Shown here in pieces: positions 52,872-63,673 of a DNA stretch of 64,000 bases (positions are counted from its first letter, which is position 1; each line of letters begins with the position of its first letter). The notes below the pieces were generated by a model, which did no database searches, had not been told where the DNA came from, and saw only the letters and a list, made by a program, of their open reading frames with translations. The stretch is taken from positions 1,377-65,376 of the forward strand of contig JAIKVS010000064.1 in the NCBI GenBank assembly GCA_024685535.1, written 5' to 3'. This stretch comes from Oscillospiraceae bacterium (lineage in GTDB: Bacteria > Bacillota > Clostridia > Oscillospirales > Oscillospiraceae). The position numbers and the translations under genes were made by a program.

Positions 52872-55800
52872 ATGGCATTCGTACACCTTCACGTACACAG
52901 TGAATATTCTCTGCTTGACGGAGCGTGCCGTATAGATAAAGCTGCGAAACGCGCCCGAGAGATGGGTCAGACTGCTCTTGCAATAACTGATCACGGTGTA
53001 ATGTACGGGGCTGTTGCCTTCTATAAAGCATGCAGATCTGCAGGAATCAAACCCATCATCGGATGTGAAGTATATGTTGCCCCGAGGAGCATGGATCTCA
53101 AAGATCACGGTACTGACAGCAACTATTCCCATCTTATCCTTCTGTGCAGGGACGAGACCGGATACCGTAATCTGAGCTGTTTGGTAAGCGAGGCATTCAC
53201 ACGAGGGTTTTATAACAAGCCAAGGATAGACTGGCAGCTCCTCAGCTCACATGCTGAAGGTCTGATTTGCCTCTCCGGCTGTCTGGCCGGTGAGATCCCT
53301 CAAGCTCTGATTCACGGTGATTATGAAGCTGCGAAAAAACGTGCAGTGCAGCTCAGGGAAGTTTTCGGTGAGGATGGTTTTTATCTGGAAATACAGAAGC
53401 ACGGTATAGCAGACGAGGATCGAGTGGCAACGGATCTGATCCGTCTGCACAACGATACCGAGATTCCGTTGGTGCTTACAAACGACGCTCATTATGTTGA
53501 AAAGCAGGATGCATATTATCAGGACGTTCTGATGTGCATACAGATGCAGAAAACGCTGGATGATCCTTACCGTCTACGTTTTGAGACAGACGAGTTTTAC
53601 CTTAAATCAGAAGAAGAGATGCGCAGTCTGTTCCCGGAGCTTTCGGATGCCGCCGACAACACAGTCAAGATAGCTGAAAAATGCAACTTTGACTTCGAAT
53701 TCGGTCATTACCACCTGCCCCGTTTCAAGTTGCCTGCCGGCTGCATCGACAGTTTTGAATATCTTCGCAGTCTTTGTGAAAAAGGCTTTGCAGAGCGTTT
53801 TCCGGACAGGCCTGAGGTCCATGAACAGCTGGACTATGAACTCAACATGATCCGCAAGATGGGTTTTGTTGATTATTTCCTTATTGTTTCCGACTTTATA
53901 GCATATGCGAAAAACAACGGCATACCTGTCGGCCCCGGACGTGGAAGCGCCGCTGGCAGCGTCGTATCTTACTGTCTGCATATTACAGATGTAGATCCGG
54001 TCAAATACAGCCTGTTCTTTGAACGCTTCCTCAACCCGGAGCGCGTGTCAATGCCGGATATAGACGTTGATTTCTGCGTTAACCGCAGAGGCGAAGTTAT
54101 CGACTATGTGAACCGTCTCTACGGCAGCGACCACGTGGCCCAGATAGTCACTTTCGGTACTCTTGCAGCTCGCGGAGCGATACGTGACGTGGGCAGGGTT
54201 CTTTCAATGAGTTATGCGGATACAGATGCCGTGGCAAAACAGGTGCCTATGGCGTTGAACATGACTCTCGACGAAGCTCTTTCCATCTCAAAGCCGCTCA
54301 GAGATATGTATGAGGGCGATGAGAAGGTAAAGCGCCTTATCGACGTTTCCAAAGCTCTCGAAGGTATGCCAAGACATGCCTCCACTCACGCAGCAGGTGT
54401 TGTTATAACGGAAAACCCCGTGATGGAATATGTACCGCTGGCGAAAAACGATGAATCCGTCGTCTGTCAGTACCCAATGACCACGCTTGAAGAGCTCGGT
54501 CTGTTGAAAATGGATTTTCTGGGGCTGAGAAACCTTACTGTCCTTGAGGATGCGGCGAAGCTTGTACGGGAAAAAATACCCGGCTTTTCAGTTGAAAAAA
54601 TCCCGGAGGATGATGCTCCAACATTCGAAATGCTTGCCGATGGACACACAAGCGGCGTGTTCCAGCTTGAAAGTACGGGGATGACTGGCGTTTGCACCAG
54701 CATAAGGGCAAAGAGCATAGAAGATATAAGCGCTGTTATTGCATTATACAGACCCGGTCCGATGGATTCGATCCCCAGATTCGTTGAATGCTCGCAGCAT
54801 CCCGAAAGGGTAACATACAAGCATGAGCTGCTGCGGCCGATCCTTGAAGTCACATATGGATGTATAGTTTATCAGGAACAGGTCATAGAAATATTCCGAA
54901 AGCTCGCCGGTTTTTCTCTCGGTCAGGCTGACATGATACGAAGGGCAATTTCAAAGAAAAAGCACGCCGTTATAGACTCGGAGCGCGTGGCCTTTGTATA
55001 TGGTGATCCTTCGCGCTCTATCCCCGGAGCTGTTGCAAACGGAGTGTCCGAAGACGTTGCCAACAGCATTTATGATGAGATAATAGCTTTCGCGAGTTAT
55101 GCATTCAATAAGGCACATGCTGTAAGTTACGCCGTTGTATGCTACCGAACGGCATACATGAAAAAGCATTTCCCTCAGGAATATATGGCAGCGCTTCTGA
55201 CGAGTGTACTTGAAAACAGCGTGAAGATCGCCGAATATATATCAGAGTGCCGCAGTATGGGCATCTCCCTCCTTCCGCCTGATATCAATGGATCAGGCCC
55301 AGACTTCACGGTCGCCGGCCAGGATATACGTTTCGGTCTGGTCGCTGTAAAGGGCATCGGTCGAAATGTGGTCAAATCACTTGTTGAAGAGCGAAACGCC
55401 CGAGGCCCGTTCGTTTCCTTTGAAGATTTCTGCGGAAGAATGTATTCATCGGACATGAACAAGCGCACAATAGAAAACCTGATAAAGGCCGGGGCTTTTG
55501 ACAGCCTCGGATGCAACCGCAAAGCAATTTTCACTGCTGCTCCAGCAATACTTGACGGACTTTCACGAGAGGCCAAATCCAATATAGACGGTCAGCTGGA
55601 TCTTTTCGGAGACGCAGGCGACGTATCTGTTTCCGTTGAAGTACCGGACATCCCGGATTATTCACAGAAGGAGAAAATGGCAATGGAGAAGGAAATAACC
55701 GGTTTGTACTTCTCCGGCCATCCTATGGATGAATACAGAGAAAAGATAAAAAGATTCGGCACAGTGCCTATTGGCGCAATCATAGGTGATTTTGCATCTG

Positions 55801-56423
55801 ATGGACAGAACCGTTTTTATGACAGCCAAAGAGTTAGAATCGCCGGAGTAGTCTCTTCATCCAGAACAAGACCTACAAGAAACAACTCTCTGATGTGCTA
55901 TGTTCAGTTTGAGGACGACACCGGCAGTATAGAACTGGTGGTATTTCAGAAAGTGCTCGACACCTGCGGAGGATACATCGCAAACAATGCTGCTCTCATG
56001 GTGTCAGGCAGGATATCTGTGAGAGATGAAAAAGAACCGCAGATAACAGTTGACGACCTCGCGCCGATCGACAGTTATATAAGCCCTGCTCCTGGTACTG
56101 TGCAGGAAGGCGCAGTTCTCAAGTCAGAACAGGTTCGGTATTCCGCTACCTCTGAGCATGAGCAGGGTGATGTCTCCAGCCTGAGGCAAAAAAATACTTG
56201 GGAAAATCTGACGGATAAAACACTGTATATCCGCGTCAGTTCAGCCGGAGACAGTATAATGCACAGAATAGAACTGCTTCTCACTATGTTTCCCGGTACG
56301 GGAAAACTTGTTATCTGGTGTGAAAAAGAGAAAAAACGCGTAGGGGCAAAGTGCCTGCTGCATCCGGCTCTTTTCGAAGAGCTTATTGATCTTCTCGGAA
56401 ATGAAAACGTTGTAATTAAATAA
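52872..56423 (+). CDS. dnaE: DNA polymerase III alpha subunit (DnaE type)
   Basis: PHP-domain start FVHLHVHSEYSLLDG. Polymerase core blocks are present. Length 1183 aa. Confidence 0.95.
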   Translation: MAFVHLHVHSEYSLLDGACRIDKAAKRAREMGQTALAITDHGVMYGAVAFYKACRSAGIKPIIGCEVYVAPRSMDLKDHGTDSNYSHLILLCRDETGYRNLSCLVSEAFTRGFYNKPRIDWQLLSSHAEGLICLSGCLAGEIPQALIHGDYEAAKKRAVQLREVFGEDGFYLEIQKHGIADEDRVATDLIRLHNDTEIPLVLTNDAHYVEKQDAYYQDVLMCIQMQKTLDDPYRLRFETDEFYLKSEEEMRSLFPELSDAADNTVKIAEKCNFDFEFGHYHLPRFKLPAGCIDSFEYLRSLCEKGFAERFPDRPEVHEQLDYELNMIRKMGFVDYFLIVSDFIAYAKNNGIPVGPGRGSAAGSVVSYCLHITDVDPVKYSLFFERFLNPERVSMPDIDVDFCVNRRGEVIDYVNRLYGSDHVAQIVTFGTLAARGAIRDVGRVLSMSYADTDAVAKQVPMALNMTLDEALSISKPLRDMYEGDEKVKRLIDVSKALEGMPRHASTHAAGVVITENPVMEYVPLAKNDESVVCQYPMTTLEELGLLKMDFLGLRNLTVLEDAAKLVREKIPGFSVEKIPEDDAPTFEMLADGHTSGVFQLESTGMTGVCTSIRAKSIEDISAVIALYRPGPMDSIPRFVECSQHPERVTYKHELLRPILEVTYGCIVYQEQVIEIFRKLAGFSLGQADMIRRAISKKKHAVIDSERVAFVYGDPSRSIPGAVANGVSEDVANSIYDEIIAFASYAFNKAHAVSYAVVCYRTAYMKKHFPQEYMAALLTSVLENSVKIAEYISECRSMGISLLPPDINGSGPDFTVAGQDIRFGLVAVKGIGRNVVKSLVEERNARGPFVSFEDFCGRMYSSDMNKRTIENLIKAGAFDSLGCNRKAIFTAAPAILDGLSREAKSNIDGQLDLFGDAGDVSVSVEVPDIPDYSQKEKMAMEKEITGLYFSGHPMDEYREKIKRFGTVPIGAIIGDFASDGQNRFYDSQRVRIAGVVSSSRTRPTRNNSLMCYVQFEDDTGSIELVVFQKVLDTCGGYIANNAALMVSGRISVRDEKEPQITVDDLAPIDSYISPAPGTVQEGAVLKSEQVRYSATSEHEQGDVSSLRQKNTWENLTDKTLYIRVSSAGDSIMHRIELLLTMFPGTGKLVIWCEKEKKRVGAKCLLHPALFEELIDLLGNENVVIK

Positions 56424-56473
56424 CTATTGGATATTATGTATTAAACTTTCCTCGATATTAAGGAGCAAGACCC

Positions 56474-58369
56474 ATGACAGAAAACCAAACCCGTCTGTTT
56501 ACCCTGAATGAAACCGGATCGGCAGAGGATTACCCGGTCTCTATCTCAGGAGGATATCTATATAAGGATGATGCCTCTAACAGCATAAAAGCATGCCTGC
56601 AGATCAGCAACAAATCAGGAAAAGAGTTAAAGTCTCTCAGATTCCGTCTGCATCCTATCGACAAAGACGGCAAATTGCTTGCATTTGACGAAGAGCTTGA
56701 CCGTAACGGACCGTTTAAAGCAGATGAACCTATTGAGTTGGAAGATATCATGCTCCCGTTCATAACAGCTTCATTCAAGGCAGAACTTGTAAAGGCTGAA
56801 ACTGCAGATGGCAGTAAACTGGATCTGCAGGGTATGCCTGCCGTTAAAGAACAGTCTGAGCAAAAATCAGAAGACAATACCGAGTCTTCTTCCGGAGAAA
56901 AAACTTCAAAAGAAAGTGTCCAAGAGCAAAACAGCGATAATGCAAAAGAAGTGCGTACCGGAAATGATGATGCCAAACCTGCGTCTGCCGAAAAGGAAGA
57001 GGTGTCATCCGACGAAGTAACTGTGAACAAGGTTCAGCAGGCAAAACAAGAAGTTAAACCAAGCCAAAGAACGGTTTTTAAAAAGCTTATCGTGGTACTC
57101 ATCCCCGCCATATTGATACTGAGCGGACTTGCAATCATCTTTATCGGAGCCTATCTTCCTGAACGGCGTTATTTAAAGGCAGTTGACCTTTTCAACACCG
57201 GGGAATTCATTCCTGCAATAAATGCCTTTGAAAAAATGAACGGTTATAAAGACAGTGCCACGTATATAAACACTGCCGAGACCATGCTTTCATATCAGGC
57301 AGCGGCATCGGCTTTTGAAGCGGGAGACTATGAGACAGCTTACACTGAATTCAATAAACTTAAGGGATTCGGTGACAGTACCGAGCGGGCATCAGCATCT
57401 CTTGAGCAGATAAGAGCAATAGCCTACGCCGAAGCAGATTCACTGCTTAGAAAAGGCAGACTTCTAGATGCTGCAGGCGCTTTTTACCGGATGAAAGATT
57501 ACTCTGATTCATGGAACCGCTGCTTCGATGTATGGGGCAGGATCACAGACCGTAACACAATATCCGCAGGAGGCCATACGGTATGTCTGAAAAAAGACGG
57601 AGAAATCCTCACTGCCGGCAGTAACGACGATGGTGAGCTTGATCTTACTGCCTGGGAAAACATCAGTGACATCTCAGCAGGGAACGGCTTCACCGTCGGT
57701 CTCAAGCCGGACGGAACCGTCGTTGCTGCCGGAAATAATGATTATGGCCAGTGCGATGTCGAAGAATGGGAAGACATCGTATCGGTATATGCCGGATATT
57801 GGAGCACTGTCGGAATAAAGGCGGACGGTACTGTGGTACTTGCAGGCCGGGACAGTGATGTCGGATGGTGGAAGAATATCAAATCAGTCAATTCCAGCAT
57901 TTTCCATACAGTCGGTCTGCTGACCGATGGCACGGTTGTCGCCGCCGAGACTAAGGATATATCCGGAGCCACACATAACTACGGTCAGTTCGATGTATCA
58001 GGGTGGAAAGATATCACCGCTGTCTCAACAGGCGTTTCGTTTACTGTCGGCCTTAAAAAGGACGGAACAGTAGTCGCTGTTGGAGATAACACGTATGGGC
58101 AGTGTGACATTGAGGAATGGGAAGATATTGTCGCAATATCAGCAAACGGCTGGCATGTTGTGGGATTGAAATCTGACGGTACGGTTGTCGCTGCAGGCTG
58201 GAATGAAAACGGCGAATGCGATGTTGAAGAATGGGAAGATATTGTCGCAATATCTACCGGCACTTCGCATACTATAGGTCTGAAAGCAGACGGAACTGTT
58301 GTTGCAGCAGGCAACAACAAGGATGGCCGCTGCGAGGTTGAAGGCTGGTCTGGTGTCAGGACCAGATGA
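56474..58369 (+). CDS. Membrane-anchored protein with TPR-like linker and a seven-blade RCC1-like beta-propeller
   Basis: Seven repeats of the form GxxHTVGLKxDGTVVAAGxNxxGQCDVEEWEDIV. A TM helix LIVVLIPAILILSGLAIIFIGAYL lies mid-protein. Confidence 0.7.
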   Translation: MTENQTRLFTLNETGSAEDYPVSISGGYLYKDDASNSIKACLQISNKSGKELKSLRFRLHPIDKDGKLLAFDEELDRNGPFKADEPIELEDIMLPFITASFKAELVKAETADGSKLDLQGMPAVKEQSEQKSEDNTESSSGEKTSKESVQEQNSDNAKEVRTGNDDAKPASAEKEEVSSDEVTVNKVQQAKQEVKPSQRTVFKKLIVVLIPAILILSGLAIIFIGAYLPERRYLKAVDLFNTGEFIPAINAFEKMNGYKDSATYINTAETMLSYQAAASAFEAGDYETAYTEFNKLKGFGDSTERASASLEQIRAIAYAEADSLLRKGRLLDAAGAFYRMKDYSDSWNRCFDVWGRITDRNTISAGGHTVCLKKDGEILTAGSNDDGELDLTAWENISDISAGNGFTVGLKPDGTVVAAGNNDYGQCDVEEWEDIVSVYAGYWSTVGIKADGTVVLAGRDSDVGWWKNIKSVNSSIFHTVGLLTDGTVVAAETKDISGATHNYGQFDVSGWKDITAVSTGVSFTVGLKKDGTVVAVGDNTYGQCDIEEWEDIVAISANGWHVVGLKSDGTVVAAGWNENGECDVEEWEDIVAISTGTSHTIGLKADGTVVAAGNNKDGRCEVEGWSGVRTR

Positions 58370-58395
58370 GTTACAATCAAAACATATAACAGCAG

Positions 58396-58435
58396 AAAAG
58401 ACACCGCAGAGCGTTCGCTCTGCGGTGTCTTTTCT
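58396..58435. terminator. Bidirectional terminator between convergent genes
   Basis: GACACCGCAGAGCG..CGCTCTGCGGTGTC flanked by AAAA and TTTTCT. Confidence 0.7.
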
Positions 58436-58443
58436 ATAAAAAA

Positions 58444-59196
58444 TTACTGCTCTCTTCTTGTCCTTGAAAGGAAATCCCGGGTTCTGTCCTGTTGAGGGTG
58501 TTCGAATATCTGCTCGGGAGTTCCCTGTTCGCAGATTACCCCATCCGCCATATATACCACTCTGTTAGAAACCTCTCTCGCAAAACCCATCTCATGGGTA
58601 ACAACAAGCATCGTCATACCGTCATCTGCTATTGTTCGCATGGCATTTAGCACTTCTCCAACCATTTCGGGATCCAGGGCGGACGTTGGCTCATCGAATA
58701 GAAGTACTTCAGGATTCATGGCCAGTGCCCTCGCTATCGCCACACGCTGCTTCTGACCGCCGGAGATCTGGCGGGGTTTTGCGTTGATATAGGGACCCAT
58801 ACCAACTTTGGTGAGGTACTGTAAAGCGTTGCTCTTTGCCTCTTCTCTGTTTCGACGCAGCACCTTCATCTGACCGATAACACAGTTTTCCAGAACTGAA
58901 AGATTGCTGAACAGATTGAATGTCTGGAAAACCATACCGACTTTTGCTCTGTAGGCAGGCACATTGGCTCCCCTGCGCGCCACATCCTCTCCATGGAAGA
59001 GGATCTCCCCTCCGCTGGGAGTCTCAAGGAGGTTTATGCAGCGCAGAAGCGTGGATTTCCCGGAGCCTGACGCCCCGATTATGCTTATGACATCGCCTCT
59101 GCTGACGGTAAAGTCTATGTCCTTCAGGACCTCATTATTACCGAAGGTCTTGGAAAGATGGTTTACCTGAAGAATGAGTTCATCCATACAGTTCAC
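58444..59196 (-). CDS. Amino-acid ABC transporter ATP-binding protein (GlnQ-like)
   Basis: [24 protein letters not shown] and [11 protein letters not shown]. Confidence 0.9.
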   Translation of the reverse strand: MNCMDELILQVNHLSKTFGNNEVLKDIDFTVSRGDVISIIGASGSGKSTLLRCINLLETPSGGEILFHGEDVARRGANVPAYRAKVGMVFQTFNLFSNLSVLENCVIGQMKVLRRNREEAKSNALQYLTKVGMGPYINAKPRQISGGQKQRVAIARALAMNPEVLLFDEPTSALDPEMVGEVLNAMRTIADDGMTMLVVTHEMGFAREVSNRVVYMADGVICEQGTPEQIFEHPQQDRTRDFLSRTRREQ

Positions 59197-60041
59197 CTCT
59201 TCCCTTCCGTATACTCTGTGCTGCGCTCATCGAAGGGACTTCCCTTGGCGGGATGATTATAAGTGCCGGCAGTCATCACAAGCTGATCGTCGTTGACAAG
59301 CTCGTAACTGTCGGACCCGTCCATCTTCTTCTCTACCCATCGCAGTATAAACGAGGCAAGAAGCGTCATGCACAGATATCCCGCCATCTCTACCGTCGCA
59401 CTTGGAAAATACTTGAAGGTCGCCCCGGCAGCCATTTTATGCACCGCAAAAAACTCAATGAAGCCGATTATGAACATGACGGACGTGTCCTTGACGTTTA
59501 TGATATAGTTGTTTCCTATCTGCGGCATGATGTTTCTCAATGCCTGCGGTAGGATGATGTTCACCATCGTCTGGAAATGAGTCATTCCTATTGCTTTTGC
59601 AGCCTCGGTTTGACCCGGATCTATAGAGAGGATGCCGCCCCTGACCGATTCTGACATATACGCACCAGTATTGATGGAGACAACAAGTATTGCAACTCCC
59701 CATATGCTTGAAAACTGCATCCGGTTACCTGAGAAGTAAGGAAGACCATAATAGATGAACACCGCCTGAAGTATCATCGGAGTGCCGCGGAACACCTCTA
59801 CATATATCCGGATAATGACACGAATTACACCGAGCAGGAACCGCTTAACGGCGCCGTCTCCGGGATTAAGAGGTATGGTCTGAAGTATGCCGCAGACAAA
59901 ACCTATCACACAGCCTATAAAAGTAGCGACTATGGCAAGCAGAAGGGTACTCCCGGCGCCTTTGAGATAAGCTCCGCCGTACGTACCCATCAGGGCGGCA
60001 ATATCTTTGAATAACAGGGAAACGCGTTCAGCGAACATCAC
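59193..60041 (-). CDS. Amino-acid ABC transporter permease
   Basis: A polar amino-acid permease pattern with an EAA-like loop ([24 protein letters not shown]). Confidence 0.85.
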   Translation of the reverse strand: MMFAERVSLLFKDIAALMGTYGGAYLKGAGSTLLLAIVATFIGCVIGFVCGILQTIPLNPGDGAVKRFLLGVIRVIIRIYVEVFRGTPMILQAVFIYYGLPYFSGNRMQFSSIWGVAILVVSINTGAYMSESVRGGILSIDPGQTEAAKAIGMTHFQTMVNIILPQALRNIMPQIGNNYIINVKDTSVMFIIGFIEFFAVHKMAAGATFKYFPSATVEMAGYLCMTLLASFILRWVEKKMDGSDSYELVNDDQLVMTAGTYNHPAKGSPFDERSTEYTEGKR

Positions 60042-60084
60042 TATCCTCCCGGTGGATCGGAATCAGTTATAAATACTATGGATC

Positions 60085-60975
60085 TCAGCCGATGGGCTGG
60101 ATGGCGGTTGCCTGAGCCATAAGAGCATTAAAATCATCAGCGGTCTTCGTGCTGAGCACCGCGTTCATCGCATCGAGAAGAACAGTGTTGCCCTTAGCAA
60201 CTGAAATACCGATGTTTACCTCTTCCTCGCTGACTTCAAAATCGTCACCGCTGCCAGCAAAGTCCAGAATCACCATATCCGGATAGACTATCAGGGCACC
60301 CTGTGCAGTGGGCATATCGGTGCAGACGAAGTCCACCGTTCCGCTTTCCAGAGCCATAAGCATAGACGGAGCATCTGCTGCGGCAGTGGCAATGTTCGCT
60401 CCTTCGATCTGAGGCAGGCATGAATCATACCAGATGGTTCCGCTCTGGCTTGTGGCTGTGCCGCCGGAGAGATCTGACTTGCCCTGTGCAGAAGCAAATG
60501 GGCTGTTCTGGAGAGTGAGGCAGACAATGGACGCATAGAGATACGGGCCAGCGAAATCAACGGATTCCATTCTTTCAGAAGTCATGGACTGACCAGCAAT
60601 GACCGCATCGACTGTTCCTGCCATAACAGCTGGAATAAGGCTGTCCCATTCGAGCTGAACGATCTCAAGCTGCCAGCCGTTTGCTTCACAGATCTGCTTT
60701 GCTGTCATAACATCATATCCGTTTGCAAACATGTTCGTGCCCTTGATTGGAACGGCTCCGTTGGAGTCATCGGACTGTGCCCAGTTATATGGTGCATATG
60801 CACATTCCATTGCAACCGTCAGAACTCCGTCTTCTACGCCGGATGGTACGGATGCAGCAGAAGCATCTGCCGGTGAAGCCGCTGCCGGAGCTGAGTTGCC
60901 GCATGCGGCAAGACCGAGAAGCATTACCAGTGAGAGTATTGCTGCAAAGATTCTTGTTGTGCGATTCATTTTCAT
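60085..60975 (-). CDS. Amino-acid ABC transporter substrate-binding lipoprotein; lysine specificity predicted from the upstream L-box
   Basis: Lipobox LAACG and an SBP family-3-like sequence. It is the first gene after the lysine riboswitch. Confidence 0.75.
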   Translation of the reverse strand: MKMNRTTRIFAAILSLVMLLGLAACGNSAPAAASPADASAASVPSGVEDGVLTVAMECAYAPYNWAQSDDSNGAVPIKGTNMFANGYDVMTAKQICEANGWQLEIVQLEWDSLIPAVMAGTVDAVIAGQSMTSERMESVDFAGPYLYASIVCLTLQNSPFASAQGKSDLSGGTATSQSGTIWYDSCLPQIEGANIATAAADAPSMLMALESGTVDFVCTDMPTAQGALIVYPDMVILDFAGSGDDFEVSEEEVNIGISVAKGNTVLLDAMNAVLSTKTADDFNALMAQATAIQPIG

Positions 60976-60995
60976 TTTCTCCTTCCCTTAACGGG

Positions 60996-61030
60996 CAAAA
61001 AATTTGGCCGAAGCGTTGTGCTTCGGCCGC
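60996..61030 (-). terminator. Expression-platform terminator of the lysine riboswitch
   Basis: Minus strand reads GGCCGAAGC-ACAAC-GCTTCGGCC followed by AAATTTTTTG. Confidence 0.75.
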
Positions 61031-61076
61031 TTACATTCAAAAAAAGAATACTGGCGCGAACAATAGCACTCCGCAT

Positions 61077-61228
61077 CTCTGCGACAGTCGTCAGGATATT
61101 CTCCAGCCGCCCAGCTTCGAACCTCTCAAACGGATCTCCGCTTCGGCGAAACACCCTTTCCCGCATCCTCAAAGGCCTTTGAGAACCTCAGAAACGGTAC
61201 TTATGAGCTTCGCGCCTCTATTATTGCT
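61077..61228 (-). ncRNA. Lysine riboswitch (L-box) aptamer
   Basis: Minus strand contains, in canonical order, AAUAGAGGCGCGAAGCUCAUAAGUACC, GGGAAAGGGUGUUUCGCCGAAG, GCUGGGCGGCUGGAG and GACUGUCGCAGAG. These match the conserved L-box blocks of B. subtilis lysC (AGAGGUGC..GAGUA..GAAAGGGG..GUCGCCGAAG..CUGG..CUGUCA). Confidence 0.85.
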
Positions 61229-61241
61229 TCGGTTGTGCAAT

Positions 61242-61270
61242 AATTTAGCATACTAAATCACTGCTGTCAA
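61242..61270 (-). promoter_or_regulatory. Promoter of the L-box-controlled operon
   Basis: Minus strand reads TTGACA, a 17-nt spacer, then TAAATT. Confidence 0.45.
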
Positions 61271-61324
61271 TCAGCTATTATAACGAATTAAATATAAGTC
61301 CCTTCGAGGGATATTGTGGATTAT

Positions 61325-62731
61325 TTACACCTGTTGCTGCATCAATACCGCATTCTCTTCCGTTTCAGCTGAATCTATCATCTTCTTTATACTTATCATC
61401 GCCGGTATCGCAAGCGCAAGTGTCAGGACATCTGCAACCGCCTGAACCGAAGCTATTCCCTCCGCTCCGAATATACGTGACATCGGGTAAAGGATCGGAA
61501 TAAAGCAGCTGCCCTGTCTTGCGGTTGCAAGTAGAAGCGCTATCTTTGCCTTGCCGAGTCCTCCGGCCAAATGGTTAACTATAGCGACCCAGGCATGTAT
61601 CGGCAAAGCAAGCGCCTGCAACCTGATACAGAGGGTGCCTAACCTAACAAGTTCCGGATCTCCGCTGGAAAACCAGCCTATAATCTGCGGCGCAAACAGA
61701 GCCATAGCAAGCCCCATTACTCCTCCGCCGATAAGAGCAGTCCTTGAAGAGAAACGAAAACTTCCCCTTACTCTGTCATATCTTTTTGCGCCCCAGTTGA
61801 AACCGGCCACAGGTTGGAAACCTGATCCGAATCCCAGTATAATGCTGAAGCAAAACATCATGCATTTGTTCGTCACACCTATGCTGGCAAGAGCAGCGTC
61901 GGATATTAACCCAGCTTCCTTGTTAATAAGTATTCCCGACAGTATGTTCAGAAGCGTGCGGAACATGGAAGAAGAGCCAACTGCAATGACTTCCTTTATC
62001 ATTCCGAAATCAAAAATAACATTCCTGATACTCAGCATTAAAAGGCTGTGCCCGCGAACATAAGGATATAGCAGCACAAAGAAGCTGATCATCTTTGAAA
62101 GTGCCGTTGCAAGAGAAGCTCCTGCAACACCCATATTCAATCCCCACGGAAGGATGAACACCGGATCAAGGAAACAGTTGATTACACCTCCGATTCCCAT
62201 TCCTATCATTGAATAAAGCGCGCTCCCTTCAGAACGCAGGCACTGGTTCATAACAAAATTCGCAGCCATGAAAGGAGCCGCATACAGAACATAGGACGCA
62301 TAGTCCATTGCATACTTTTCGCATGTGTCCGTGGCTCCGAAAAGCCTCACCATCGGCCTTCTGAAGCAGACTCCCAGGATCATTATCGCCGCCCCCAATG
62401 CCATGGCAAAGAAAAATGACGATGAGAGTGTCTTGCTGGCACGCTCCTTATTACCGGCACCGAGCAGTCTTGCCACATAGCTGCTGGCACCTACGGCAAA
62501 AAGACTTCCAGCTACCATTATTAGGCTGTCAAGCGATGAATTTACACTGACTGCCGCGGTGGCATTCGTTCCCAGAGAGCTTACAAAATAAATGTCGGCC
62601 ATGCTGTATATGGATGTTATCAGAAAAGCGATGATGGTCGGATACGCCATCGTCAGTATGACTTTCGGCAACGGTTCGGCGAGCATCATGCTCTCACGTG
62701 CCTGCTGTCTGTTCATTTTGCCTTCAGCCAC
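61325..62731 (-). CDS. MATE family efflux transporter
   Basis: A 12-TM pattern, a length of 468 aa and a MATE-typical N-terminus (LPKVILTMAYPTIIAFLITSIYSMADIYFVS). Confidence 0.8.
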   Translation of the reverse strand: MAEGKMNRQQARESMMLAEPLPKVILTMAYPTIIAFLITSIYSMADIYFVSSLGTNATAAVSVNSSLDSLIMVAGSLFAVGASSYVARLLGAGNKERASKTLSSSFFFAMALGAAIMILGVCFRRPMVRLFGATDTCEKYAMDYASYVLYAAPFMAANFVMNQCLRSEGSALYSMIGMGIGGVINCFLDPVFILPWGLNMGVAGASLATALSKMISFFVLLYPYVRGHSLLMLSIRNVIFDFGMIKEVIAVGSSSMFRTLLNILSGILINKEAGLISDAALASIGVTNKCMMFCFSIILGFGSGFQPVAGFNWGAKRYDRVRGSFRFSSRTALIGGGVMGLAMALFAPQIIGWFSSGDPELVRLGTLCIRLQALALPIHAWVAIVNHLAGGLGKAKIALLLATARQGSCFIPILYPMSRIFGAEGIASVQAVADVLTLALAIPAMISIKKMIDSAETEENAVLMQQQV

Positions 62732-62966
62732 TTATCCTCAGCTTCTTTCGGATTTATTCTTTTTTATTTGATAAGTATATCATCTGTCATTCATGTCAGT
62801 AAAGATGTTTTTACACAGCAAGCCTTTTCCTCTTACAAGATTTTGTATATTTCATCAAAAGCTGTCACATCAGGTAGTGTTTTTTATTAAAAAATTGTCG
62901 GAGCTGACGATTGCTTTTTGCCGTTGCCTGATATATAATCCAACACAGAAAACAGATTTTTAAAAA

Positions 62967-63621
<655 letters not shown>

Positions 63622-63673
63622 CAGCCGCTCATTCCATATATATTTTCATTTAAGATTATTTAGAAAGGTAACA

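Noticed and set aside
60996-61235. T-box leader upstream of the amino-acid ABC operon
   Set aside because: There is no GGGUGGUACCGCG T-box sequence and no specifier-loop architecture. The conserved blocks match the L-box instead.
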